A stretch of 63,740 nucleotides of DNA, the filler included, from Octopus bimaculoides (Eukaryota), in the NCBI RefSeq assembly GCF_001194135.2. It is 11 parts of 11 records of this genome, joined end to end, with 100 filler letters (N's around TTAATTAATTAA, not from the genome) between each part and the next. Parts side by side here need not be neighbours in the genome. Positions count along the whole stretch, not along the records: positions 48,586 to 55,672 come from NW_026418270.1; positions 55,773 to 58,257 come from NC_068994.1; positions 58,358 to 60,621 come from NW_026304631.1; positions 60,722 to 62,533 come from NC_068988.1; 7 more parts are not named here. The stretch is one strand, 5' to 3'. The number at the start of each line of letters is the position of its first letter. The stretch's first letter is position 1. The translations under genes and the position numbers were made by a program. Below the pieces are notes generated by a model. That model was given only the letters and a program-made list of their open reading frames with translations, searched no databases and was not told where the DNA came from. Below are positions 50,625 to 62,533 of the stretch, piece after piece.

Positions 50625-51030
50625 NNNNNNNNNNNNNNNNNNNNNNNNNNNNNNNNNNNNNNNNNNNNNNNNNNNNNNNNNNNNNNNNNNNNNNNNNNNN
50701 NNNNNNNNNNNNNNNNNNNNNNNNNNNNNNNNNNNNNNNNNNNNNNNNNNNNNNNNNNNNNNNNNNNNNNNNNNNNNNNNNNNNNNNNNNNNNNNNNNNN
50801 NNNNNNNNNNNNNNNNNNNNNNNNNNNNNNNNNNNNNNNNNNNNNNNNNNCACACACACACATGTATTCATGTATCCTGCTCATGGTTTTTATCATTCTG
50901 TTTCTTCTTTCCCTTTGGTTGTAACTATTATTTTTCTCTCTCTCTCTCTCTTTATTCCAACGTATCTATTCTCTCCCTTTATATGAACAAACACAGCTTA
51001 TACTTTCTTCCTTCCTTCCTTCCTTCCTTC

Positions 51031-51077
<47 letters not shown>

Positions 51078-51248
51078 TCCTTCCTTCCATCCTTTCATAT
51101 AGCTCTCCATATTTCATCTATCCCATCTATTTGCCGTTTCTATTAGCTGACGCCATCTATATTTCTCACCAAACTCTCTCAACTTTATCTTCCTTATGGT
51201 TTCTACACTAGGAGAACGGAAGCTGTGGATGGCAATGCATTATTATTA

Positions 51249-51279
<31 letters not shown>

Positions 51280-52727
51280 CATTTCCATCATCATCATCAT
51301 CATCATCATTATTGTGGCCACCACCACCAACATTATTATGAACACCATCACCGCCGCCGCCGCCGCCGCCNNNNNNNNNNNNNNNNNNNNNNNNNNNNNN
51401 NNNNNNNNNNNNNNNNNNNNNNNNNNNNNNNNNNNNNNNNNNNNNNNNNNNNNNNNNNNNNNNNNNNNNNNNNNNNNNNNNNNNNNNNNNNNNNNNNNNN
51501 NNNNNNNNNNNNNNNNNNNNNNNNNNNNNNNNNNNNNNNNNNNNNNNNNNNNNNNNNNNNNNNNNNNNNNNNNNNNNNNNNNNNNNNNNNNNNNNNNNNN
51601 NNNNNNNNNNNNNNNNNNNNNNNNNNNNNNNNNNNNNNNNNNNNNNNNNNNNNNNNNNNNNNNNNNNNNNNNNNNNNNNNNNNNNNNNNNNNNNNNNNNN
51701 NNNNNNNNNNNNNNNNNNNNNNNNNNNNNNNNNNNNNNNNNNNNNNNNNNNNNNNNNNNNNNNNNNNNNNNNNNNNCCACCACCACCACCACCACCACCA
51801 CCACCAAAACCACCACCACCACCACCATCGACGTCGTCGTCATCAGGATTATTATTGCTATCATTATTGTCATTATTATTATCATTAATAGTATTTTCCT
51901 TATTAGTAATGCTATTACTATTATTGTTATTATTAATGTTATTATTATTATTGTTGTTGTTGTTGTTGTTATCATTATCATTATCATTATTACTATTATT
52001 ATTATTCGAAAATAGAAAGAAAGAAAGAAAAAAACTAAAGGAAGCTAAAAAAAGTAGGCGTTAAATAAGGAATACAAAATTCCCAAAGAAAACGAAACTA
52101 CAAAATAAACATTAAGCACAAACAAAAATATAATAGAAATTAAAAATAAAAAAAACAATGGTAAGAGAAAGCTGGGGGTGAGTGGTGTAGCTAGTAGTGG
52201 TGGGGTGGGAGGAAGGGCTCGGTTTGGTTTTGATTCGGTTTGCTTCGGTTTGGTTCTGTGAATTTATGTCAGGTCAATAAACTGTGGTTTGTTAGCCAGC
52301 CATGATTAATTACCTCCCCTTGGCAGAGGTCATCTCGGTCGGCAGCCATTACCTTGTAAACTGATTGACAGGTAATTTCCAGTAACAAAACGACCCTGCT
52401 TCTCAATTGCTCGCGCTCTTCTCCCGCCCCACCACCCGACACCGCCATTGTTCCATCGCTCTCTTCTGTCTCCTCTGGCCATCCCCCATCTTCTTTTTCT
52501 TCGTCATTTTTCCTTCTTCCTCTTTTATTCTCCATCGAACGACTCCCCGCCTCCGCATCCCCAACCCACGCCTTGATATTCCTAATTCACTCTTTCTTCC
52601 TTATATTCCTTCTGCTTTTTCTCTGTCATTCATTTCTGCAAACACTAACGCAAACGTCTACCGGATCATCACCTCTTTCTTGCCTCCGCCTCCGCCGTAC
52701 TTACTCATTACCAATCTACATTTTACC

Positions 52728-52775
<48 letters not shown>

Positions 52776-52845
52776 GTCTATATGTCAGTCTGTCTGCCTG
52801 TCTGTCCGTCCGTCAGTCTTTCCGTCCATCTGTGTGTGAGTCTAT

Positions 52846-52891
<46 letters not shown>

Positions 52892-52914
52892 GTCTGTCTA
52901 TCTGCCTGCCTGCC

Positions 52915-52946
<32 letters not shown>

Positions 52947-52947
52947 C

Positions 52948-53012
<65 letters not shown>
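52728..53012. repeat. (CTAT)/(CTGT)/(CTGC)n compound array
   Basis: Direct inspection. Confidence 0.95.
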
Positions 53013-53014
<2 letters not shown>

Positions 53015-53143
53015 CTAATCTAACTTTCTGTCTCTTCGCTCTCTCTCACACATACTTCCTCTTTCTTTCTTTCTCTCCTATATTTCCTTTTCTTATACAC
53101 AGCCTCTCTCATTTACATCTTTTCCCTCCCTTTCACTATCTGA

Positions 53144-53181
<38 letters not shown>

Positions 53182-54105
53182 TCAATAGACTCTCATTTTA
53201 ACTATTGCCTTCTTTTTCTATTCTTCTCTCCTAACTTTCTTCCATCAATCTTCATATTTTTAACTTTACCTCCTATTCTCACAAACACATTTCTTCTTTC
53301 CTATTCTCTCGCTGTTCTATCCCCTTCCCCCCTCTCTCTCTATCTTTATAGCTCTTCACAAGTCTTACTTTCCATTATTCATCTGGTTGTCTCCCCTTCT
53401 TTTGTTTCCTTCCTCAAGCACTCTCTTGTGCACTACTCGCGCTTTCTCACTGTTCGTATTTATGATAAAATAATTCACTCTACATATTTACCACACACTC
53501 TCTCCTATTCTTCGATTTCCTTTCATTTCTATTGCATATCCTCTCTTTCTTTCCGTCACCCATACTCTCTTCTATGTTTCGTTCTTTTAATCATTAGACT
53601 ACATATTTTAGTCATTAGACTATATATATATATAAGTTCAAAAAGACAATAACAAAAGAACAAAAGAACAACAAAGTGAGGACGTGATATGGATAGTGTT
53701 ATTGGACGCTCAGGAAAGGAAAAAGAGACTAGCAGTATAGCTATCTCCACTCACTTTTTTCCTTGATGGAAAAAAAAAACAAAATATTTTCACTAAAAGA
53801 TGACACAAATACCGCCACCCCCACACACACCGTGCACGTGGATATATGTATATATGCATATGGTAAAAAGACGAGGGGAAACAATAACATACAAGGTGTA
53901 TTGGTTTAATGCTCTAGAAAAATGGAATAAATCTTTAACATTTTGAGCATATGCTCTTCTGCAGATAAGACAGATAAGGAGAGAAAATAATATGTATCTG
54001 CATAAAGCGGTCAAGGTATATTTAAATGATTGGAAGAGGAAGTAGTTGGCTTGTTGTGTGGATGCCAAGAGGGACAACATTCACCTGGCATATGTGTGTT
54101 TGTGT

Positions 54106-54332
54106 GGAGGCGCGTGTACATGTGGTTAGGGTGTTGGACTCTTCGTCGTAAGATTGTGGTTTCGATCCCTGAACCGAGTGAGGCGTTGTGTTCTTGAGCA
54201 AAACACTTCATTTCACGTCGCTGCAGTCCACTCAGCTGGCAAAAATGAGTAACCATGAGACGGACCGGCGTTCCGTCCAAGTGGGGAATATCTACGCTGT
54301 GGAGACCGGGAAACCGGCCCTCATGAGTCGGC
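54106..54332 (+). mobile_element. tRNA-derived SINE family D
   Basis: A-box-like gtggttagggtg and B-box ggtttcgatccc; body gctgcagtccactcagctg also present as a fragment at about 21215-21298. Confidence 0.75.
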
Positions 54333-54415
54333 ATTACTTGAGAACGAAACTTCATCTTTTGTTTTTATGTTATAAGTGTGTGTCGGCAAGCGCGCTTATT
54401 TGTAAGAAGCTAAAG

Positions 54416-54460
<45 letters not shown>

Positions 54461-54470
54461 NNNNNNNNNN

Positions 54471-54514
<44 letters not shown>

Positions 54515-54622
54515 ACGAATGCCATTTGCAAGATATTTGATGGGAGGAACTGGCAAAAAGCTAGAAACTTCGGATAACAGATTATGTGCACCCGTTGATG
54601 CTTGTTTATTTATGCTTGCAGA

Positions 54623-54688
<66 letters not shown>

Positions 54689-55622
54689 GATATACATATA
54701 TGCACACATAATCCTATATGCGATTATATATACATACGTACGTACATACATACACATACATACATACACATACATACATATATATATATATATTGGTTTA
54801 TTGTTGTACCACTATCCNNNNNNNNNNNNNNNNNNNNNNNNNNNNNNNNNNNNNNNNNNNNNNNNNNNNNNNNNNNNNNNNNNNNNNNNNNNNNNNNNNN
54901 NNNATATATATATATATATATATATATATTTAGTTATAATGTTTGCATAAATGCATACATAGATGCTTACATACTCATACATACGCGCATACTCACATAA
55001 ATACATGCGTACATACATGCATACATACATACATACATACATACATACATACGTATATACACATATACATACATGCATATATACATACGTACATACACAT
55101 ATAATACATGCATACATACATACATAAAACCGTGCAATTCTTCTTACAGATTTGGGTATGCATTGCCTTCTGCTTGTGTTCATGAATTTCGCTTTGCATG
55201 GGAGGAAATTAGATTTGCCTTCTCCTAGGTGTGGTATATCTTTTAGGGAATCAAGCACTAAACCAATTTTCACACTCGCACCCTCTATGCACTTCCTGAG
55301 TCTTGTACCCAGGCCTACTACTCGCCAATATTTGTATGTCATTGAATACGAAACCGCAAAATCATACACTCATACAGGCAGACACATACAGACAGACGCA
55401 TAGAGACACATACGAATACACCACGTATATACAGATGCGTGTATACACGTATACAGAGACTCATACGCTTGCTGCCTTATATGCATTCTCATAAAATATG
55501 CATGTATATACGAGCATGCAAAACGAAAAATGCAGATGCGTAGTCAAAACATATTCAGGCATATATAAATATATAACTGCATGCATAATATACACATACA
55601 ATATGCAAGTACATATACGTGC

Positions 55623-55672
<50 letters not shown>

Positions 55673-57589
55673 NNNNNNNNNNNNNNNNNNNNNNNNNNNN
55701 NNNNNNNNNNNNNNNNTTAATTAATTAANNNNNNNNNNNNNNNNNNNNNNNNNNNNNNNNNNNNNNNNNNNNTCTGCCGGAGTCCACCAGTCTCAGACAG
55801 CCAGCAAGTGGGCCACTCACACGACACTGGAGCAGTTTTTCCAATTTCGGTGGTGGTATCACTCTCGTCCTTAACGCTCTCACCTCAAAACCATGAGTGG
55901 TTTGCTTTACCAGATTGACAGGGACTGATCTTCCTTTCACCGAAAGCTTCATAGAGCACAAGTTTAGTTGACAAATAATTGACGCCAGGTAGTCCAGACC
56001 CAAGATACTCTAATCCTCAATCTCCACTACATAGACAGGAAGCACGACCTCTTGTCCAGCAACATCGAGCAGGCTATTAACCGGCCCTCTCAACTCAGTA
56101 CAGTGACCGGTAACACCACATAACTGCTGCGATGACTCTGGCAAGTCTAGACGCTGCAACACTTCGGGTTTCAGAAACGTTTGTCCCGAAGCCGAATCAA
56201 TCACAGGGAAACATTTCCGGTGGTTAATCCTTCCATCCACTTGTACACTGTCAATCACAGACTTTGTACGTCGTCTCGGAGGTGGGATCTCCTNNNNNNN
56301 NNNNNNNNNNNNNNNNNNNNNNNNNNNNNNNNNNNNNNNNNNNNNNNNNNNNNNNNNNNNNNNNNNNNNNNNNNNNNNNNCTTGCTCGGCAGTCGCAGCT
56401 CATATGTCATTTTTTTTACCACATATCCTGCACTCCTTCTTAAAAGTAGACTTGGCTTTATCATTCTGTTTTGCTTTCTCTTCAGGCTGTAACAATCTTG
56501 CCGCTTGCGTCCAGATTGCCTACAGTGCCAGCAACNNNNNNNNNNCTGTAACAATCTTGCCGCTTGCGTCCAGATTGCCTACAGTGCCAGCAACATATAC
56601 CAATTACCTCTTCATTCTTCTCACACCTTTCCTTAAACATTCCAGCTTCACAGATTTTCCCTCTCTTTGCTTGGAATCCAGCCCACCCGGATATTTCTGG
56701 TGCTATACCTGACATACGACTCAAATTCCAGAGCTCTAGCCAGTGCCTCTCGCATAGTACTTGGCTGTATCTGCTTCACTTCCATTTTGAGATTCGCACT
56801 GGCCAGAGGGTCAATGAACTGTCCTTTCAAAAGAGCCAACAGGTCAGGGGTTGCTGTGAAGTAGGCTTTAAGCACCGTGCTCTGCAGGTCCTGGGCAAAC
56901 TGATGAAGGGTTTCTCCTCTACCCCTTACACGGGTACGAAAGCGTGCCCTGTACATTTCCTTCTCGTACATAGTACCGTATTTTCTCAGCAGAACTTCTA
57001 CCAAAGCCGAATAACGACTCCTGTTCTCAACTGAAAACTGGCTCAGCACCTCTACTGCAGGACCCTTCAAACTAGTAGCAAGCTGAACTGCTCTCTGCCT
57101 CTCGTCCCATTCATTCTGGTCAGGCAGCATCTCAAACTGGATTCGGTAGGCCTCCCAAGACACTTTGCCATCGAATTTCCCAATGGGGACTCCACAGTCA
57201 CTGTGATCTTCATGGGATCCGGGTCTAAATATTAAAGCATCATGATGTGACTCAGTAACAACTACTTGTTGCTCAGCAGCCTGAGATTCGGTAGCACACA
57301 ACCTTTCCACGGACTCTAATCTCTTGTAAAACCGGTCTATTTGCTGCTTGTACCATACAACATTACCGCTCACATCAAGTAACTCTACCTTAAACGGTTA
57401 CAGCTGAAGTTGAAGTTGTGTGTGCCGCATTCTCAGCTCCTCCTTGAGTTCATTTAAAATATCATGTTGCTCTTTTCACATCCTCACAATTGTAGCCAGA
57501 GACAACACTTCTAAACTTGCTTGACTTTTTGTAAGTACTCCTTCCAAATCCATAGCGAATAATTGACTCGCTGCATCAATGAAAATACA

Positions 57590-57602
57590 ACTCCTGACAC
57601 CA
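57590..57602 (-). promoter_or_regulatory. Primer binding site TGGTGTCAGGAGT, complementary to a tRNA-Leu 3' end
   Basis: The + strand reads actcctgacacca, matching the 3' end of eukaryotic tRNA-Leu(CAG) as I recall it. Confidence 0.8.
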
Positions 57603-57604
57603 GT

Positions 57605-57840
57605 TGTTACGTCGCATGCAGCCTTCTGATACTACAAAGGGCTCCACACAACGATCTGTTGTCTGATGGCTCGGAAGATTGCGCGGGCAATGCTCAACGA
57701 ATGAACATGCTTTGAGTAGAAGAAACAGTAGCCNNNNNNNNNNGATGTCAGAAGAGTCGCGAATAACAAGGAAAAACCGTCGAGTAAAATCAAAATAAAT
57801 GAACTTTTAATTAAGAGACGAATAAAACATTTATGTAACA
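57605..57840 (-). repeat. 5' LTR of the Gypsy element (about 236 bp)
   Basis: Termini tgttac...gtaaca (TG...CA); ends 2 nt from the PBS; ATTAAA on the minus strand near 57806. Confidence 0.75.
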
Positions 57841-58357
57841 AATGGACAGTTTTTTAGTGAGTTATCTTTTAAGGTGTTCTTTCATTTACCTCTGAAGTCT
57901 TACGCGTTTTTTATGTTGTGTAGCTCACATTGATTGCCGAAACCAAATGCATCGTCGCATATCTCCTTTCAGAAGACTTCGAACAATCTCTTCGCACTCA
58001 TTTCCGTTCAGCTTCGCTTTCTTACGTCAACTAACCCTCGGAGCCAACCGTACGGCTCGGCTCATGTTCAATAGCCTTTTAGTCCGCCACGCACCGAAAA
58101 TCGAATCTATTCAATCTCAGTCACAGATTTTNNNNNNNNNNAATTAATTTCTTTTAACTAAACAGTTTGAAACTACGGATACTTGGTGAATGGGCTACGT
58201 AGAACACGGTTTACTCTTAACGTTTTTGACAAAATTTGTATTTTAGAAGTTATTTCGNNNNNNNNNNNNNNNNNNNNNNNNNNNNNNNNNNNNNNNNNNN
58301 NTTAATTAATTAANNNNNNNNNNNNNNNNNNNNNNNNNNNNNNNNNNNNNNNNNNNN

Positions 58358-58384
<27 letters not shown>

Positions 58385-58391
<7 letters not shown>

Positions 58392-58626
58392 CCTTTCTAC
58401 TATAGGCACAAGGCCTGAAATTTTGGGGGAGGGGACTAGTCGATAACATCAAACCCAGTGTTTCACTGGTACTTAATTTATCGACCCCGAAAGGATGAAA
58501 AGCCAAGATGACCTCAGCAGAATTTGAACTCAGACCGTAGCGACTAACTATTCTGCCAGTTCGCTGCCTATTCTTTTATAGACACACCACCATCGGATGT
58601 CAAGTGATGGTGGGAGACAAACACAG

Positions 58627-58680
<54 letters not shown>

Positions 58681-59065
58681 CGGACTTCTTTCAGTTTCCA
58701 TCTACCAAATCCACTCACAAGGCTTTGGTCGGCCCGAGGCTATAGTAGAAGACACTTGCCCAAGGTGCCATGCAGTGGGAATGAACCTGGAATCATGTGG
58801 CTGGTAAACAAGCTACCTACCACACAGTCACTCCTGTGCCTTAATAATAATAATTCTTTCTTACTATAAACACAAAGTCTGAAATTTATGGGAAGCGGGC
58901 AAGTTGATTACATCAACCCTAGCCTTGAATTGGTACTTATTTTATTGACCACAAAAGGATGAAAGACAAAGTCATCCTCGGCAGATTTTGAATTCAGAAT
59001 GTAAAGATAGACAAAATGCCACGAAGCATTTTGCCTGACACATTAATGATTCTACTTAGCCTTAA
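58385..59065 (-). mobile_element. SINE cluster: SINE A (58385-58570), SINE B (58580-58841), SINE A (58848-59065)
   Basis: Family motifs as in the other copies, with (TAA)n runs at the junctions. Confidence 0.85.
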
Positions 59066-59086
59066 TAATAACAATTCTTTCTACTA

Positions 59087-60330
59087 GTGATTAACTGGCA
59101 CCGACGTTTCGCTGGCATTTCAAAAGTGTTGCATGAAAGTTACCAACATGTGGTGAAAAAATATCCCAGTTTCAAACAAACATTTCCTCAGCCGCCCATT
59201 GTAGCCTTTCGACGGAATAAGAACATAAAAGAATTATTGACCTCTATATCTGACTCCAAGAAAACGAACATTGGAGTATCTACACGCTGTACCTTAAAGA
59301 ACAGCCGCAAGAGAGGTAAGCCCTGTTCATTGTGCAACAACATGAGTGAAGTGAATACCATCAAAAATCATAATAGAAATGTTATGATTTATACAGAAGG
59401 GGGAACCTGCAAAGATTCCCATTTAGTGTACGGTNNNNNNNNNNNNNNNNNNNNNNNNNNNNNNNNNNNNNNNNNNNNNNNNNNNNNNNNNNNNNNNNNN
59501 NNNNNNNNNNNNNNNNNNNNNNNNNNNNNNNNNNNNNNNNNNNNNNNNNNNNNNNNNNNNNNNNNNNNNNNNNNNNNNNNNNNNNNNNNNNNNNNNNNNN
59601 NNNNNNNNNNNNNNNNNNNNNNNNNNNNNNNNNNNNNNNNNNNNNNNNNNNNNNNNNNNNNNNNNNNNNNNNNNNNNNNNNNNNNNNNNNNNNNNNNNNN
59701 NNNNNNNNNNNNNNNNNNNNNNNNNNNNNNNNNNNNNNNNNNNNNNNNNNNNNNNNNNNNNNNNNNNNNNNNNNNNNNNNNNNNNNNNNNNNNNNNNNNN
59801 NNNNNNNNNNNNNNNNNNNNNNNNNNNNNNNNNNNNNNNNNNNNNNNNNNNNNNNNNNNNNNNNNNNNNNNNNNNNNNNNNNNNNNNNNNNNNNNNNNNN
59901 NNNNNNNNNNNNNNNNNNNNNNNNNNNNNNNNNNNNNNNNNNNNNNNNNNNNNNNNNNNNNNNNNNNNNNNNNNNNNNNNNNNNNNNATCAAATTTATAC
60001 AAAACTGTTTGATTGAATATTCTTCTTTCTCTCTTTTTCTTTTCTTTTTCTGTCGTCTTCCTTTTTCTTTCTTTCTTTCTGCTTATTAAAAAAACTGACA
60101 AAAGCTGATGATGTCATTCTATCAACGTATGGTCGCTGATTACTCACGTTCATAGTTTACGTTTGGTTTCTGAAATTTTGAATTTTCAATCACCTTTTGG
60201 TTTGAACTTGAGAAAGACAGACGTTCTGTCGAAATGTTGTTCAAAAAATAAAACATCTAAAATCGCGCTCTTCGTTTTGACTATTTACCTTCGTGAAGAG
60301 TTACGTCAATCCTTTTTTTAATAACAATAA
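59087..60330 (+). mobile_element. Penelope-like element: pre-GIY-YIG segment, N gap, then pseudo-LTR-like tail
   Basis: FPQPPIVAFRRNKNIKELL, a Cys cluster (CSLC) and CKDSHLVY at the gap edge; tail after 59988 contains a hammerhead-like motif. Continuity across the 553-N gap is inferred. Confidence 0.75.
60201..60245 (+). ncRNA. Minimal type I hammerhead-ribozyme-like motif
   Basis: Stem I tttgaac/gttcaaa (7 bp); core UUGAGAA plus A; stem II gacag/ctgtc (5 bp); GAAA-UG-UU. Confidence 0.65.
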
Positions 60331-60721
60331 TAATAATAATAATAATAATAATTTTGGCATCTGGATGGGTTAAGCCAGTCTTTTGGGAGGAGGGGTCCCT
60401 TTAGCCTTGGTTGGTAACCCCTCTAGACAAGGTGACTCAATTAAAGCACTAAAATTCTCAGGAGTGAAAATGTCAAATGCAAAGATATAAAACAATGAAT
60501 TGAATGAGACTAGCACTAAAATCAGTGTACACGAAGGTAGGCGTGGACTCTTGCAACCTTGGCTAGCATTACAAATGAGTGATGTCAAAATTAAATAATG
60601 ATCTTTTTAAGGCCTCTGTCGNNNNNNNNNNNNNNNNNNNNNNNNNNNNNNNNNNNNNNNNNNNNTTAATTAATTAANNNNNNNNNNNNNNNNNNNNNNN
60701 NNNNNNNNNNNNNNNNNNNNN

Positions 60722-60764
<43 letters not shown>

Positions 60765-60933
60765 CACATATAGACATACACATACATGCATATACAAACA
60801 GACACATACACACACGCGCATGCACAGACACACACACATAATACATGCATACAAACATACATAAATACACACATATATATATATATATACATACATGCAT
60901 ATACACATAAATGTATAGACAGACCGACAGACC

Positions 60934-60987
<54 letters not shown>

Positions 60988-61014
60988 TAGATAGATAGGT
61001 AGATAGATAGATAG

Positions 61015-61135
61015 TTTCTTTCTGTGTTCCTTTCTTTGGAAGAGCGTAGGCTCGAAACGTTAAAGACTTTTTCAATTCCCGAGCGTTAAACTAATACATC
61101 TGTTTGTTTTCTGCACCACCTGTCTTCGTTTTCTT
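61015..61135 (+). mobile_element. Second copy of the short hammerhead-like repeat
   Basis: Homologous to about 50535-50624. Confidence 0.6.
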
Positions 61136-61186
61136 TTTTCTCTTTTTTGGTGAGGGGAATTTTCCCTATATATGTATATGTATATA

Positions 61187-61404
61187 CGAGAGGGTGCTAG
61201 GGAGTTTCTGGCTTTTAGGGTATCGCAAAAGGCCTGTTTTGAGACCCAAATTTATGAGTTCTTTCACAGGGCTTAGAATACTTAAAGGTCGACTGCAATA
61301 AGTGAGTGAGTCTGAGAGGGGAATATGTTGAATAAAATCATAATGAACTGATCATCCTGTATTTTCTTTTCCCCCCAAACCAGGAACGTTTCAGGTAGCA
61401 CTTC
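61187..61404. mobile_element. Mariner-derived MITE, second copy
   Basis: TA followed by cgagagggtgct...ctggctttt; degenerate right TIR ccaggaacgtttcaggtagcac; shares ttttagggtatc, ctgagaggggaat and aactgatc with the 33.6 kb copy. Confidence 0.7.
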
Positions 61405-61655
61405 AACGGTCGTTCGCTATATTTTCAATCAATCGATCGATTGATTGATTAATTCGAACCATGAACGCACGCAACATAGGTATCTGAAACAGCTGTAAGT
61501 CTGTAATGCACAAATATAATGTATAATGCTTATCATTTAGTCCTATTGTATAGGTGTGTATTATTGATGTGAAATCGTGTGTTAAAACAAATTTTGTTAT
61601 GTTGAAAGAGTGCTTACGCTAATAATGATAACACTCGCATAGGTGAGTCGTAGGT

Positions 61656-61856
61656 AATCAATCGGTTAAATATCAAACTAACTAATCGATCGTTTGTTTA
61701 ATGTCCTAGTTAAACAATGAATTCATTGTTTGTTAGGCAATGCACTTTTGCCGCCGTTTGCGACCTTTCGTTCAAGCGGACTCAAAGCAGATCTCGAAGC
61801 CCATTAAACAAACGATTGATTAATTAGTTAATTAGATGATATCTAACCAATTGACT
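61656..61856. mobile_element. Foldback/MITE-like element with about 47-bp imperfect inverted arms
   Basis: 61678-61703 pairs with 61802-61827 (2 mismatches); 61656-61675 pairs with 61837-61856 (3 mismatches); TA at both outer edges. Confidence 0.6.
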
Positions 61857-62490
61857 ATCAACAACGAATTGGAAATAAACCGGTGCGTGTGTTATTTTCA
61901 ATATTGGTGTAATGTTTTTCCCAAGACGCACCAATATATATCACCTCCTTTTAAAAGGAATAAAAGAAAGAATTGAGGGATATTTAGCTGCTATTTTCTA
62001 ATACACCGAGGTATTTCATTTTGGCATTTTGGATTACAGTTCTATGTTGGAGAAGCAAGCGAGTGCGCTATCCGTCTGCCTGCCTGCCTGGTTGCCTGCC
62101 TGCCTGGTTGCCTGCCTGCCTGGTTGCCTGCCTGCCTGGTTGCCTGCCTCACCGTCTGTCTATCAGTCTGTCAGGTTGTCTGTGTGACTGTCTGTCTGTC
62201 CAGCTGCTCAGCCAGTCAGTCGGTTGGTCGTTTAGTTGTTGATAATTTGCAAAAGGAAACGAAATAAGACAAATAACAAAAACACACACACACACACAGA
62301 CAAACACACACACACACACACACACATATATATGTATATATTTATGTATATATTTATATATGCATGTGTATATATATATATGCATGTGTATATATATATA
62401 TATGTGTATATGTATATATGTATATATCTATCTATCTATATATATATATGTATATACATATACTTATATATGTATGTATATATCTATCTA

Positions 62491-62533
<43 letters not shown>

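Larger units (their letters stand above)
55773..57840 (-). mobile_element. Ty3/Gypsy LTR retrotransposon 5' part: LTR, PBS, gag, Zn knuckle, protease; cut by a scaffold gap
   Basis: Gag from ATG at 57553 (two stops) with FDGKVSWEAYRIQFE and QLATSLKGPA; degenerate knuckle CWHCRQSGRKRQDC; protease VIDSASGQT...ILGLDYL. Confidence 0.9.
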
